Made by a program: the position numbers and the translations under genes. Below are positions 20,239 through 29,649 of a stretch of DNA of 64,000 nucleotides, piece after piece. The notes beneath the pieces are model-generated. The model had not been told where the DNA came from. It saw nothing but the letters and a program-made list of their open reading frames with translations, and did not search any database. Position 1 is the first letter of the stretch; each line of letters starts with the position of its first letter. The stretch is from Alphaproteobacteria bacterium (GTDB lineage: Bacteria; Pseudomonadota; Alphaproteobacteria; Micavibrionales; UBA2020): contig DAOMYX010000001.1 in NCBI GenBank assembly GCA_035437825.1, positions 113,220 through 177,219 on the forward strand, in the 5' to 3' direction.

Positions 20239-21681
20239 ATGATGATGCGCCCTGCGATAGTTGCCGCACTTCTGGCTGTCGGTCTTATTTTTACCGCAGC
20301 GCCGCTATCCGCGCAGGCCTTGCGCAGCGAGCCGGGCGAGTGGGTCGTCGGCCCTATCAATATCAAATCTTCAAACGGGCTTTCTTTCTGCTCGATGAAA
20401 ACGCGCTATGCGAACGGGCATTCGCTGGTGGTCGCCAGCGACAGCAAAGGCGCGCGTTCGCTGGCCATCGATTTCGGCAAAAAATCACTGACAGCGGGTT
20501 CGCAATACTACGTTACGTTTTATGTCGGCCCCATCCACCGCACCATGGTGGCGATTGCCGCAACGACCGATGTTTTGATTGCCCAGATGGGCGATGACCG
20601 TGATTTTTTCGACATGATGCGCAGCAAAGATGTGCTGGATGCGGATTTCAACAACCAGCAGCTGAGCTTTTCTCTGAAGGGCGCAGCGCAGGCGCTTGAT
20701 GAACTCGCTACATGCACCAGCGCGCAAGGGCAGGGACAAGCCTATACACAGGCTAAACTGCCGACGCCTGCGCAGGCCGCGGCCAAGGCCGCCGAAGCCA
20801 AAGCTGTCGCGGCGGAGCTGGCGCGCAACGAAGACATGAAAATAAGCGAACAGGCCGTCAGTACCAGCCTTTCCGACGAAATACAGCGCCTGCGCGAAGA
20901 AAACCGCCGCTTGCAGCTGGAAAATCAGGCCGTATCCGCACGGCTGCAAGAGGGAGATTTGGCGGCGGCACAAGCCGAGCTGACGGCGCTGGCGGAGCTG
21001 GAGCGGCGCGAGCGTGCCCTTAAAATCGAAAACGAGCGCCTGCGTGATGAAACCGACAGCATGCTGGCGGTGCAGGAAAGCCTTACCCCGTCAACCCGCA
21101 CGCCCGGCACGGCGGCGGAAGCGGTTTCGGTGCGTTTCCAAACCCCGCCACCGCAGGCTATCCAGCCTGCCGCAGGCCACCCGGCGGCGCAGGCCATGGA
21201 TGATGCCGTGATGTCACCTGCCCCCGAAGCTATAGAAGCGGCGGTGGTGATGCCGAAAGCCCAAGCCCCCAAACCGATAGCGGCACGCACTTTGGCGTGG
21301 CTGGCGCATGACGGCGCAGCGGCGGAAACGGCAGGCGGTATTTCCGTATGGCGGTGGGTGAGTGGTAACAGTCTGGTTGCTGTGCAGCCTTGGCCCGCGG
21401 CGGGGACGTCAGCTGTTGCCGAATATTTGTCCGTCCTTGAAGCGCGCTGCGGCGGCGACTTCGCACAGCAGGCGGCGGCGCCTGTTGCTGTATCCGGCAA
21501 CGTGAATGTTGTGACGGCGGAAGTGGCCTGCATCGATGCCGACAATCAGGCGGCCGCGGTGCTGGCGTTTATATCTGACGGTTCGGAAATGGCGGTGGTG
21601 ACGTTTGAAACAGGGGCGGAGACGATTTCTGATGCCCTTGGTCAGCGGCAGTCGCTTTTGGCACGGGTTTCCGGCGAATAA
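20239..21681 (+). CDS. Secreted coiled-coil protein, short paralogue of 16528..20205
   Basis: Signal peptide MMMRPAIVAALLAVGLIFTAAPLSAQA. By eye the N-domain (GEWVVGP...LSFCSMKT...LSFSLKGAAQALDELATC) and C-domain (YLSVLEARCGGDF...AEVACID...AAVLAFISDGSEMAVV) align with the ends of the upstream giant protein. Confidence 0.75.
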   Translation: MMMRPAIVAALLAVGLIFTAAPLSAQALRSEPGEWVVGPINIKSSNGLSFCSMKTRYANGHSLVVASDSKGARSLAIDFGKKSLTAGSQYYVTFYVGPIHRTMVAIAATTDVLIAQMGDDRDFFDMMRSKDVLDADFNNQQLSFSLKGAAQALDELATCTSAQGQGQAYTQAKLPTPAQAAAKAAEAKAVAAELARNEDMKISEQAVSTSLSDEIQRLREENRRLQLENQAVSARLQEGDLAAAQAELTALAELERRERALKIENERLRDETDSMLAVQESLTPSTRTPGTAAEAVSVRFQTPPPQAIQPAAGHPAAQAMDDAVMSPAPEAIEAAVVMPKAQAPKPIAARTLAWLAHDGAAAETAGGISVWRWVSGNSLVAVQPWPAAGTSAVAEYLSVLEARCGGDFAQQAAAPVAVSGNVNVVTAEVACIDADNQAAAVLAFISDGSEMAVVTFETGAETISDALGQRQSLLARVSGE

Positions 21682-21746
21682 GGCGGCGCGAGGCGCAAGA
21701 TAAATTCTGATATATCAAATAAAGAAAATATAATTTCTGTTTGATT

Positions 21747-22262
21747 TTAATGTTTTTTATTGCGGTAATAACGGCCGCAAGCTTCCATCAATGCTTCGCG
21801 CAGCTCTTTGCCCGTTTTGCCGCCGTCGCCTTTCAGGTGGCTGGCAAGTACGGCCTTGATAGACATTTTATGCGCAACGACGATGTCGAGAACGTCGCGG
21901 TCCATATCTTCAACCGTTTCAAGAAAATTTACCAATATATGGCTGATATCACTGATAAGCGGGTAGTGAAACATGCTGCCTTGTGCCTTCATTTGCATGG
22001 CAGGGTAAATCATAGCCTCGATAGCTTCTTCGCCTTTTGTCGTGCCGGCTTTGGCATCTGCGATAGCTTCGACCAGCAGGTCGAGCAGCATATTTGCAAT
22101 GGGCTCGAAATTTATGGTGTTTTTTTCAAGCAATTCCTGTGCTTTCATCAGCACAGCCTCGTCGATGCCGCCGCTGCCGACTTTTTCTTTAAGACGGTTG
22201 GGCGGGCTGATAAGTTCTGCGCGGCGGATTTTCTGCTGCTGCGGAAAAAGTTCTTGAGACAT
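21747..22262 (-). CDS. Hypothetical helical protein co-transcribed with a response regulator (possible degenerate HPt-like partner)
   Basis: 171 aa, 33 nt downstream of the regulator gene. Segment PAMQMKAQGSMFHYPLISDISHILVNFLE is only loosely reminiscent of HPt signatures. Confidence 0.4.
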   Translation of the reverse strand: MSQELFPQQQKIRRAELISPPNRLKEKVGSGGIDEAVLMKAQELLEKNTINFEPIANMLLDLLVEAIADAKAGTTKGEEAIEAMIYPAMQMKAQGSMFHYPLISDISHILVNFLETVEDMDRDVLDIVVAHKMSIKAVLASHLKGDGGKTGKELREALMEACGRYYRNKKH

Positions 22263-22294
22263 GGCGCTTTATTCTTTTTTCTTGTGCGTGTGGA

Positions 22295-22891
22295 TTAAGA
22301 CGTGGTGCCGGTTTCCTGCGTGTGTTTACGCAGGATTTCCCGCGCTTTTTCAGCAGCGGAGAGAGTGGCCTTGATACGCTCGGGCGAGCTGAACGGTTCC
22401 GGCTGGTTGTCGCCGCGGCGGTCGGGGCCGGCGTAGTTTGAATCGCGCTTGCGGCGGCGGTCGGGACCGAAATATTTATCGCTGACCACGAAGTAGCGCG
22501 GCATTTCGATAATTTGTTCGATGCGCTGATAGAGCGCGCGCGCGGTGAAGGGCTTGACGAGAAATTCCGTAATGCCTGAATCTCGCGCCAGCAGCACGCG
22601 TTTTTTCTGGCTGTACCCCGTCATCAGGATGATGGGGGTGAAGGGGTTGGGGCTGTCGCCGGAGCTGCGGATGCGGCGGGTGAGCGCAAGGCCGGAGTCC
22701 GGCTCCTGCATCCAGTCGATAATCACAAGGTCAGGCTCCAGCGTGCAAAACTTTTCGTAGCCTTCTTGCGACGTGAAGGCGGTGTGAATATCCGTCACCC
22801 CGAAAGTGATGAGGATGGACTTGGTCAAATCGGCCATGGCGCGGGTGCTTTCGACCAGCAGCACAGTCATGTTTTTAAATTGATAAGCCAT
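22295..22891 (-). CDS. Response regulator: receiver domain plus basic C-terminal extension with two GPDRR motifs
   Basis: Receiver landmarks: DLVIIDWMQ (phospho-Asp), ILMTGY, FLVKPF. C-terminal YFGPDRRRKRDSNYAGPDRRGDN. No recognisable DNA-binding domain. Confidence 0.85.
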   Translation of the reverse strand: MAYQFKNMTVLLVESTRAMADLTKSILITFGVTDIHTAFTSQEGYEKFCTLEPDLVIIDWMQEPDSGLALTRRIRSSGDSPNPFTPIILMTGYSQKKRVLLARDSGITEFLVKPFTARALYQRIEQIIEMPRYFVVSDKYFGPDRRRKRDSNYAGPDRRGDNQPEPFSSPERIKATLSAAEKAREILRKHTQETGTTS

Positions 22892-23068
22892 GATAACTTT
22901 ATGTATATATCCGTGCGGTATGGCACATTAACCATCTAATCCCGAAGTCGTTTGTTTTCAAGCAAAATCGCGCTTTTCTGCCTCTTGGCGGCATGCTAGA
23001 ACAAAAGGAGACTATTCTTATCTTAACGATAAGCCCTTAAAGAACGTTAAACCCGCGGGACTAAAATC

Positions 23069-23824
23069 ATGGCCGGCCATTCCCAGTTTAAAAACATTAT
23101 GCACCGCAAGGGCGCGCAGGACAAAAAACGCGCCAAACTGTTCAATAAATTGGGGCGCGAAATCACCGTTGCCGCCAAAATGGGGCAGCCGATACCCGAA
23201 GGCAACCCCAGATTGCGCGCCGCCATTCTGGCCGCCCGCGCGGCCAACATGCCCAACGACCGTATCAAACGGGCGATTGAATCGGCGAACCCCAATAGCG
23301 GGGATGCCAATAACTTCGACGAAGTCCGCTACGAAGGCTACGGCCCCGGCGGTGTTGCCGTGATTGTGGAGGCGCTGACCGACAACCGCAACCGCACGGC
23401 GGCGGAAGTCCGCTCCGCCTTTTCCAAAAACGGCGGCGCGATGGGGGAGACGAACTCCGTCAGTTTTATGTTCGCCAAAATCGGCTCGGTCATCTATCCG
23501 GCTTCTGTTGCGGGCAATGACCAGATGTTCGAAGCCGCCGTCGAGGCAGGCGCCGAAAATGTGGAGAGCGATGGCGAGACGCACGAAATTGCGACCCAGC
23601 CCGAAGATTTCATCACAGTGAAAGAGGCGCTCGAGAAAAAGTTCGGCGCGCCGCAATCCAGCGGCATCATCTGGAAACCGTCAAACACGGTTTCGCTTAA
23701 TCAGGAACAGGCGCAAGAGCTGTTTGATATGATTGAAACGCTGGAAGACAGCGATGACGTGCAAAACGTTTTCGCCAATTTTGACATCTCCGATGATATC
23801 ATGGAGAAACTGATGGCGTCCTGA
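23069..23824 (+). CDS. yebC: YebC/PmpR family transcriptional regulator
   Basis: [39 protein letters not shown]..., the characteristic N-terminus. It lies upstream of ruvCAB, as is common. Confidence 0.9.
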   Translation: MAGHSQFKNIMHRKGAQDKKRAKLFNKLGREITVAAKMGQPIPEGNPRLRAAILAARAANMPNDRIKRAIESANPNSGDANNFDEVRYEGYGPGGVAVIVEALTDNRNRTAAEVRSAFSKNGGAMGETNSVSFMFAKIGSVIYPASVAGNDQMFEAAVEAGAENVESDGETHEIATQPEDFITVKEALEKKFGAPQSSGIIWKPSNTVSLNQEQAQELFDMIETLEDSDDVQNVFANFDISDDIMEKLMAS

Positions 23825-23862
23825 GGGGCGCCCTGCGGCCGGATGGCCAGGCGGGAGGCGAC

Positions 23863-24369
23863 GTGAGGATTTTCGGCATCGATCCGGGGCTGCAGCGCAC
23901 CGGCTGGGGCGTGGTCGATGTGACGGGCAACCGCCTGACGCATATTTCCCACGGCGTTATCCAGACCAACGCCAAGGCCGAAACGGCCGAACGTCTGACG
24001 CATATTTTCGAAGAGCTCATGAAAATGATTACCCTGTGGCAGCCGACCCATGCCGCGATTGAGGAAACATTTGTGAATAAAAATCCCGCATCCGCGCTGA
24101 AACTCGGCCTTGCCCGCGGCGTCGCCATGATGGCGCCGGCTAAGGCGGGGCTGCGCGTGGCGGAATATCCGGCCAATCTGGTCAAAAAATCCGTCGTTGG
24201 CGCAGGCCATGCGGAAAAAGAACAGGTGCAGGCGATGATACGCGTGCTGTTGCCGGGTATCGAGGCCAGCCACGACGCGGCCGACGCGCTGGCCGTGGCG
24301 ATTTGCCACGCGCACCACGGCGCGACGCGCGAAAAACTCGGCGGTATCATGTCGGGGGGCGTGCGATGA
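23863..24369 (+). CDS. ruvC: Holliday junction resolvase RuvC
   Basis: GTG start after GGGAGG. MRIFGIDPGLQRTGWGVV...AIEETFVNKNPASALKLGLARG...DAADALAVAICHA. Confidence 0.9.
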   Translation: MRIFGIDPGLQRTGWGVVDVTGNRLTHISHGVIQTNAKAETAERLTHIFEELMKMITLWQPTHAAIEETFVNKNPASALKLGLARGVAMMAPAKAGLRVAEYPANLVKKSVVGAGHAEKEQVQAMIRVLLPGIEASHDAADALAVAICHAHHGATREKLGGIMSGGVR

Positions 24370-25016
24370 TTGCGAAGCTGACAGGGGTTATCGACAGCGT
24401 CGGGCTGAACTACGTTATTATCGATGTGAACGGGGTTGGTTATCTGGTTTATGCGTCCAGTCGCACCTTGTCGCGCATCGGCAGCGCGCGCGGCACGCCG
24501 GTTGCGCTTTTGATTGAAACGATTGTGCGCGAAGACCAGATTACGCTTTATGGTTTCGCCGATGCGGCTGAGAAAGACTGGTTTCAAATTCTTTGCACCG
24601 TGCAGGGTGTGGGCGCGAAGGTTGCGCAGGGTATTCTGGGCACCGTGCAGGTGGAACAGTTGCCGCTGGTCATCGCCTCGCAGGATAAATCGGCCTTGCG
24701 CCGCGCGGACGGGGTGGGGGATAAACTCGCCCTGCGTATCGTGACGGAACTGAAGGAAAAAGCGGGTAAAATGGCGCTGGGCGCCGCCGCGCAGCAAAAA
24801 GCGGGCAAGGCACAGGCGGCTACGGGGGCGAAGGCTTCCGCCGCTGTGGTCGAAGTGCCGCAGACTATCAGCAATGACGCCGTATCCGCGCTGATTAATC
24901 TCGGCTACGGCCGCGCGGAGGCTTTCGGCGCCGTTGCCAATGTTATCCGCGATAAGGGCGAGGGTATCGCCCTTGGCGACTTGATACGCGAAAGCCTGAA
25001 GGAGCTGAGCGCATGA
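24366..25016 (+). CDS. ruvA: Holliday junction DNA helicase subunit RuvA
   Basis: [29 protein letters not shown]...; HhH region [16 protein letters not shown]. Its ATG overlaps the ruvC stop (ATGA). Confidence 0.9.
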   Translation: MIAKLTGVIDSVGLNYVIIDVNGVGYLVYASSRTLSRIGSARGTPVALLIETIVREDQITLYGFADAAEKDWFQILCTVQGVGAKVAQGILGTVQVEQLPLVIASQDKSALRRADGVGDKLALRIVTELKEKAGKMALGAAAQQKAGKAQAATGAKASAAVVEVPQTISNDAVSALINLGYGRAEAFGAVANVIRDKGEGIALGDLIRESLKELSA

Positions 25017-26086
25017 CAGCAGAACAAAACGCGCAGCGCGCCGTCGGCGGCGAATATAATGCGGATACGGATGCGGGCGAAACGTCCATCCGCCCCTTGT
25101 CGCTCGAAGAATTCATCGGCCAGAAAAAGGCGCGTGAAAACCTGCGCATTTTCATCGACGCCGCCAAAAAACGCGGCGAGGCGCTGGACCATGTGTTGCT
25201 GTTTGGTCCGCCCGGTCTTGGCAAAACGACATTGGCGCAGATTGTGTCCAAAGAACTCGGCGTCGGCTTTCGCGCCACCTCCGGTCCTGTGATTTCGCGC
25301 GCGGGTGATTTGGCCGCGATTTTGACGAATTTGCAGCCGAATGATGTTTTGTTCATCGACGAAATCCACCGCCTGAATGCGGCGGTCGAAGAAATTCTTT
25401 ATCCCGCCATGGAAGACCGCCAGCTGGATTTGATTATCGGCGAGGGGCCGGCCGCGCGCAGCGTGCGCATCGACCTGCCGCCCTTCACGCTTGTTGCGGC
25501 AACCACGCGCAGCGGTTTGATTACGCGCCCGTTGCGTGAACGCTTTGGCATTCCGCTGCGGCTTGAATTTTATAACGCGGAAGAGTTGGCAGGTATTGTC
25601 ACCCGCGGCGCGAAAATTCACGGCATGGATATAACGGACGAGGGCGCATTCGAAATCGCCCGCCGCAGCCGCGGCACGCCGCGTATCGCCGGACGCCTGA
25701 CGCGCCGTGTGCGCGACTTTGCGCTGGTCGCGGACGTTAAAACCGTCGATGCCAAAATCGCCGATGCTGCGCTGCTGCGCCTCGAAGTCGATGCCAAAGG
25801 GCTTGATAGCATGGACAGACGCTATATGGCCTGCATCGCCGAAAATTACGCCGGCGGCCCTGCGGGGGTGGAAACCATCGCCGCCGCCCTGTCCGAACAG
25901 CGCGACGTGCTGGAAGAAGTCGTCGAGCCGTATCTGATGCAATGCGGCTTCATCATCCGCACCCCGCGCGGGCGCATGATTTCGGATGCGGGATACAAAC
26001 ACCTCGGCCTCACGCCACCTGCCAATGCCAAAGACCGGCAAATGGCCCTGCAAATGGATTTGCCGGTGGATGGGGATGTTGCCTGA
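25013..26086 (+). CDS. ruvB: Holliday junction DNA helicase RuvB
   Basis: Walker [12 protein letters not shown], Walker [11 protein letters not shown], sensor [16 protein letters not shown]. Overlaps the ruvA stop (ATGA). Confidence 0.95.
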   Translation: MTAEQNAQRAVGGEYNADTDAGETSIRPLSLEEFIGQKKARENLRIFIDAAKKRGEALDHVLLFGPPGLGKTTLAQIVSKELGVGFRATSGPVISRAGDLAAILTNLQPNDVLFIDEIHRLNAAVEEILYPAMEDRQLDLIIGEGPAARSVRIDLPPFTLVAATTRSGLITRPLRERFGIPLRLEFYNAEELAGIVTRGAKIHGMDITDEGAFEIARRSRGTPRIAGRLTRRVRDFALVADVKTVDAKIADAALLRLEVDAKGLDSMDRRYMACIAENYAGGPAGVETIAAALSEQRDVLEEVVEPYLMQCGFIIRTPRGRMISDAGYKHLGLTPPANAKDRQMALQMDLPVDGDVA

Positions 26087-26096
26087 TAAGTGCTGG

Positions 26097-26130
26097 ACAC
26101 CGGCCTGCGCCGGTGTGACGGTGTTTCTTG
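26097..26130 (+). terminator. Possible ruvB terminator hairpin
   Basis: ACACCGGcctgcgCCGGTGT followed by a T-rich stretch (gacggtgtttcttgtctt). The U-tract is imperfect. Confidence 0.35.
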
Positions 26131-26209
26131 TCTTATCCTGAATTTCAAAAATGAAAGTCATTCCCGCGAAGGCCGGAATCCAGAGGTCTTTGTTTGATGC
26201 GCGGACTGC

Positions 26210-27064
26210 CTAGAAAAACAGAGGCAACATCACCAATAGCGCCATCACGCCCCATATAAGTTGTTCGCGCGCGGTGCGTTCTTTCCACACCCAGGCGGCC
26301 AGCAGCATGATGACGGGCTTGGTCGAGGCCTGCACGGTGACAACGGTGGTCACGGGGTTGATGCTGACCTGCTGGTAGAATTTCACCAGTTCTGTGGCGG
26401 CGTAGGTCAGCCCCGCCAGTATCGCGGGCGCGGCGAAAAGAGCGCTTTTCCACACCATCATCTGCCCGCGCAAAAGAATGACCGATAGCAGCAGAAGAAC
26501 GACATGCGATACGCCCAGCAGCATGCACCAGTTCATCCCGCGCGATAGTAGCGCATGGTCGAGCGAGCCGAGCAAAACCGAAAGCCCGACCAGCAGGGCG
26601 TAGTGAATGCGGGAGCGGTTATCGAGGTCGGACAAATGCCCCTTGAAGAAAAACGCCGCCGCCAGCGCGCAAAGGCCGAGTGCCGATGCCCATTGCCCGG
26701 GCGCGAGCTGTTCGCCCAGAAGCGCGTTGGTAACGGAAAGAATACCCACCGCCAGCGGCGTGACGTAATGCCGCGATGACAGGCTGATTTGCATCAACTG
26801 CTGGCTGACGACCAAAAGCACATAAAGCAAAACGCCTTTGCCAATGGCGAGCGCCAGCATCAGCGGATGGTTTTGCAAAAAAACAAAACCGTCCCGCCAC
26901 AAATCCGCAAAAACCGGCGCGGTAGCGGCGAGGCCGGCCAGCACCCAGACGCTGACGAAAACGGGTGCGGTGCGGTGGTCGAGCCGGACGCTGCAAATTT
27001 TGAGCGTGACCAGATGCGCAATTGTTAAAACGAAAAGCAAAAGCAGGAGAAGGTGGGGGAGCAT
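26210..27064 (-). CDS. Polytopic membrane protein, DMT/EamA-like
   Basis: 284 aa from ATG MLPHLLLLLLFVL, hydrophobic throughout with about 10 predicted TM stretches. Family assignment is tentative. Confidence 0.5.
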   Translation of the reverse strand: MLPHLLLLLLFVLTIAHLVTLKICSVRLDHRTAPVFVSVWVLAGLAATAPVFADLWRDGFVFLQNHPLMLALAIGKGVLLYVLLVVSQQLMQISLSSRHYVTPLAVGILSVTNALLGEQLAPGQWASALGLCALAAAFFFKGHLSDLDNRSRIHYALLVGLSVLLGSLDHALLSRGMNWCMLLGVSHVVLLLLSVILLRGQMMVWKSALFAAPAILAGLTYAATELVKFYQQVSINPVTTVVTVQASTKPVIMLLAAWVWKERTAREQLIWGVMALLVMLPLFF

Positions 27065-27181
27065 GAAAAACCCTTGTTGTCCGCCTGCCAGTATGGAGCC
27101 TCTGCGGCGGGTTTGCAATTCGCTCGACAGGGGGACGAAATGGGGTAAAATCGTCCAAAACAATCAAAAAAAGAAGAAAAC

Positions 27182-27586
27182 ATGACCAAAATTCACCAGC
27201 TTCCCGTCCGCGTCTATTACGAGGATACCGATGCCGGCGGCATCGTCTATCACGCCAGCTATATCCGCTTTGCCGAGCGGGGGCGCACCGAAATGCTGCG
27301 CGATGCCGGGTTTGAACATGCCCAATTATTCAAGGAACAAGGCATCGCCTTCGCCGTTGTTGCCATGAACATAAATTTCCGCGCGCCCGCCAAGCTGGAC
27401 GAGCTTTTGGTCGTCAAAACCTCTATCAGCCGCCTTGGCGGTGCCAGCATGGACATGCAGCAGGATATTTACAAGGGTGGCGACTTGATATGTGAAATAA
27501 AAGTCACGCTCGTCTGTATTGATAACGCGCTGAAAGCTGTTAGATTACCGCAAGCCGTCAGGGACTTATTTAAATCAGAGGTTTAA
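27182..27586 (+). CDS. ybgC: Tol-Pal-associated acyl-CoA thioesterase YbgC
   Basis: 4HBT fold N-terminus VRVYYEDTDAGGIVYHASYIRFAERGRTEMLR. Position immediately upstream of tolQ. Confidence 0.85.
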   Translation: MTKIHQLPVRVYYEDTDAGGIVYHASYIRFAERGRTEMLRDAGFEHAQLFKEQGIAFAVVAMNINFRAPAKLDELLVVKTSISRLGGASMDMQQDIYKGGDLICEIKVTLVCIDNALKAVRLPQAVRDLFKSEV

Positions 27587-27595
27587 GAGAGAATT

Positions 27596-28333
27596 ATGGA
27601 TCCGACCATTGCCGTACAGACCACGCAGCTTGCGGGCACCGTGCATCACGATTTGTCCGTTATGGGACTGTTTTTGCAGGCCGATATCATCGTCAAATCG
27701 GTGATGCTGATTTTGGCCGGCTCGTCCATCTGGAGCTGGGCGATTATTTTCGACAAGTGGATTACGTTCAAATCCATCAACCACAAGGCAAATAAATTCG
27801 AAGCGGCTTTCTGGTCGGGCGAAGTGCTGGATAAACTCTACAAAAGAATCCAGAACAAGCCGGGCGACCCGATGGCGCAAATTTTCTGCGCTGGCATGAA
27901 CGAGTGGAAACTTTCCGCCGAAGCTGCCGTGCATATCGACGGCGATTTGCGCGCAGGGCTGCAGCAGCGTATCGACCGCGCGATGGTGAGTGCCATCGGC
28001 CGCGAAGTCAGCAAGCTGGAGCGTTATATGACCTTCCTTGCGACTGTCGGCTCCACCGCGCCTTTCGTCGGTTTGTTCGGCACGGTCTGGGGTATCATGA
28101 ACAGCTTCGCCGCTATCGCGGGTTCGCAAAACACCAGCCTTGCCGTCGTCGCGCCGGGTATTGCGGAGGCGTTGTTTGCAACCGCCATCGGCCTTGTCGC
28201 CGCTATCCCTGCGGTTGTGGCATATAACAAATTCTCGACCGACCTCAACCGCTATAGCGACCGGATGGAGGCGTTCTCGACCGAATTCAGCGCCATCCTC
28301 GGCCGTCATTTCGAACAGCAGGGCAAAAACTGA
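27596..28333 (+). CDS. tolQ: Tol-Pal system protein TolQ
   Basis: MotA/TolQ/ExbB motifs: FLATVGSTAPFVGLFGTVWGIMNSF...APGIAEALFATAIGLVAAIPAVVAYN. Confidence 0.9.
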   Translation: MDPTIAVQTTQLAGTVHHDLSVMGLFLQADIIVKSVMLILAGSSIWSWAIIFDKWITFKSINHKANKFEAAFWSGEVLDKLYKRIQNKPGDPMAQIFCAGMNEWKLSAEAAVHIDGDLRAGLQQRIDRAMVSAIGREVSKLERYMTFLATVGSTAPFVGLFGTVWGIMNSFAAIAGSQNTSLAVVAPGIAEALFATAIGLVAAIPAVVAYNKFSTDLNRYSDRMEAFSTEFSAILGRHFEQQGKN

Positions 28334-28773
28334 TGGGCGTCAAACTCGGCAATAGCGGCGGACGCCGCCGCCGTGCACACGGGGTGATGGCGGAAATCAA
28401 CGTCACGCCCTTCGTGGACGTGATGCTGGTTTTGCTGGTTATCTTTATGGTGACCGCGCCGCTTTTGACTGCGGGCGTGCAAATCGATTTGCCCAAGGCG
28501 GATGCGCAGGCGATTGGCCAGCAGGATAACGCGCCGCTCGAAATCACGCTGGACCGTCAGGGGGCGCTGTTTGTCGGTGAAACCAAGATGACGGTGGAGC
28601 GTTTGACGGTGATGCTGCAATCGATTGCGGCGGAAACGACCGAACGCCGCGTTTATATCCGTGCGGACCAGGCATTGGACTACGGCAAAGTGATGGAAGT
28701 CATGGGGCTGGTCAGCCGCCTCGGCTTCACGAAAATCGCATTGGTGACCGACCCGACATCGGGCAAGAAATAA
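28333..28773 (+). CDS. tolR: Tol-Pal system protein TolR
   Basis: ExbD/TolR: MAEINVTPFVDVMLVLLVIFMVTAP. Its start overlaps the tolQ stop (TGATG). Confidence 0.9.
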   Translation: MGVKLGNSGGRRRRAHGVMAEINVTPFVDVMLVLLVIFMVTAPLLTAGVQIDLPKADAQAIGQQDNAPLEITLDRQGALFVGETKMTVERLTVMLQSIAAETTERRVYIRADQALDYGKVMEVMGLVSRLGFTKIALVTDPTSGKK

Positions 28774-28795
28774 CTTTTGGATTGGAAACTGGCGC

Positions 28796-29620
28796 ATGCG
28801 CCTTTCTTCTGTTGGCATATCGGCAGGATTTCACATCGCGGCAGTGATTGTCACGATGGTCAGCCTGCCGTGGCTGAAGAAGGATTTTGAAATCCCGCCG
28901 CCCGTGATGGTCGAATTCGTCGAAATGGGCAAGGTGACCGAAACAACCAAAGTCGCCACACCGACGCCGCAGAAAAAAGAAGAAAAAAAGGACGAGCCGC
29001 CACCGCCGCCCGCGCCCAAGAATACGGCGAAAGAGCCGACGCCGCCCGCACCCAAAAAGCCGGAGCCTAAAAAAGACGAAAAGAAAGACGCGAAGCCGGA
29101 GGTTGACCCCCTGGCCAAGGCCGACAAGAAGCCACCGCCCAAAAAGGACGAGAAAAAACAGCCCAAAAAAGACGACGCCAGCGATTTCAATTCGCTGCTT
29201 AAAAACCTTGCCGATTCCAAACCGGCACCGGCCAGCGATACGAAACAGCCGGATATGGGGCTGACGACGGCAGCGCCGGAAGTAGGGGCAAAAGCCCCCC
29301 TTGGCCAGAAAATGACCATGAGCGAGGAAGACGCCCTGCGCCGCCAGCTGGAGGGCTGCTGGAGCTTCCCCGCGGGCGCCAAGGATGCCGAAGATTTGAA
29401 CGTCGAGATTTATATGGTTATAAACCCCGACCGCACGCTGCGCGAGGCGCGGGTGGTCGATACCGCCCGTTATAACCGCGATAGTTTTTTCCGCGCGGCG
29501 GCGGACAGTGCGCTGCGGGCGGTGAACAATCCTTCCTGCTCGCCTTTTGCCGTGCCTCCTGATAAATATGATGTCTGGAAGACGACTGTCGTGAACTTTA
29601 ATCCGCGTGAAATGTTCTAA
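28796..29620 (+). CDS. tolA: TolA-like envelope-spanning protein
   Basis: N-terminal TM ([17 protein letters not shown]), Pro/Lys/Glu-rich spacer ([39 protein letters not shown]), and a C-terminal globular domain. Position between tolR and tolB. Confidence 0.75.
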   Translation: MRLSSVGISAGFHIAAVIVTMVSLPWLKKDFEIPPPVMVEFVEMGKVTETTKVATPTPQKKEEKKDEPPPPPAPKNTAKEPTPPAPKKPEPKKDEKKDAKPEVDPLAKADKKPPPKKDEKKQPKKDDASDFNSLLKNLADSKPAPASDTKQPDMGLTTAAPEVGAKAPLGQKMTMSEEDALRRQLEGCWSFPAGAKDAEDLNVEIYMVINPDRTLREARVVDTARYNRDSFFRAAADSALRAVNNPSCSPFAVPPDKYDVWKTTVVNFNPREMF

Positions 29621-29649
29621 ACCTAACGAACACCTATCAACAGAGGTCA

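Noticed and set aside
26140-26175. Short imperfect palindrome gtcattcccgcgaaggccggaatccag resembling REP-type intergenic repeats
   Set aside because: There is only one copy in 64 kb and the stem is imperfect, so it cannot be called a repeat family from this window.
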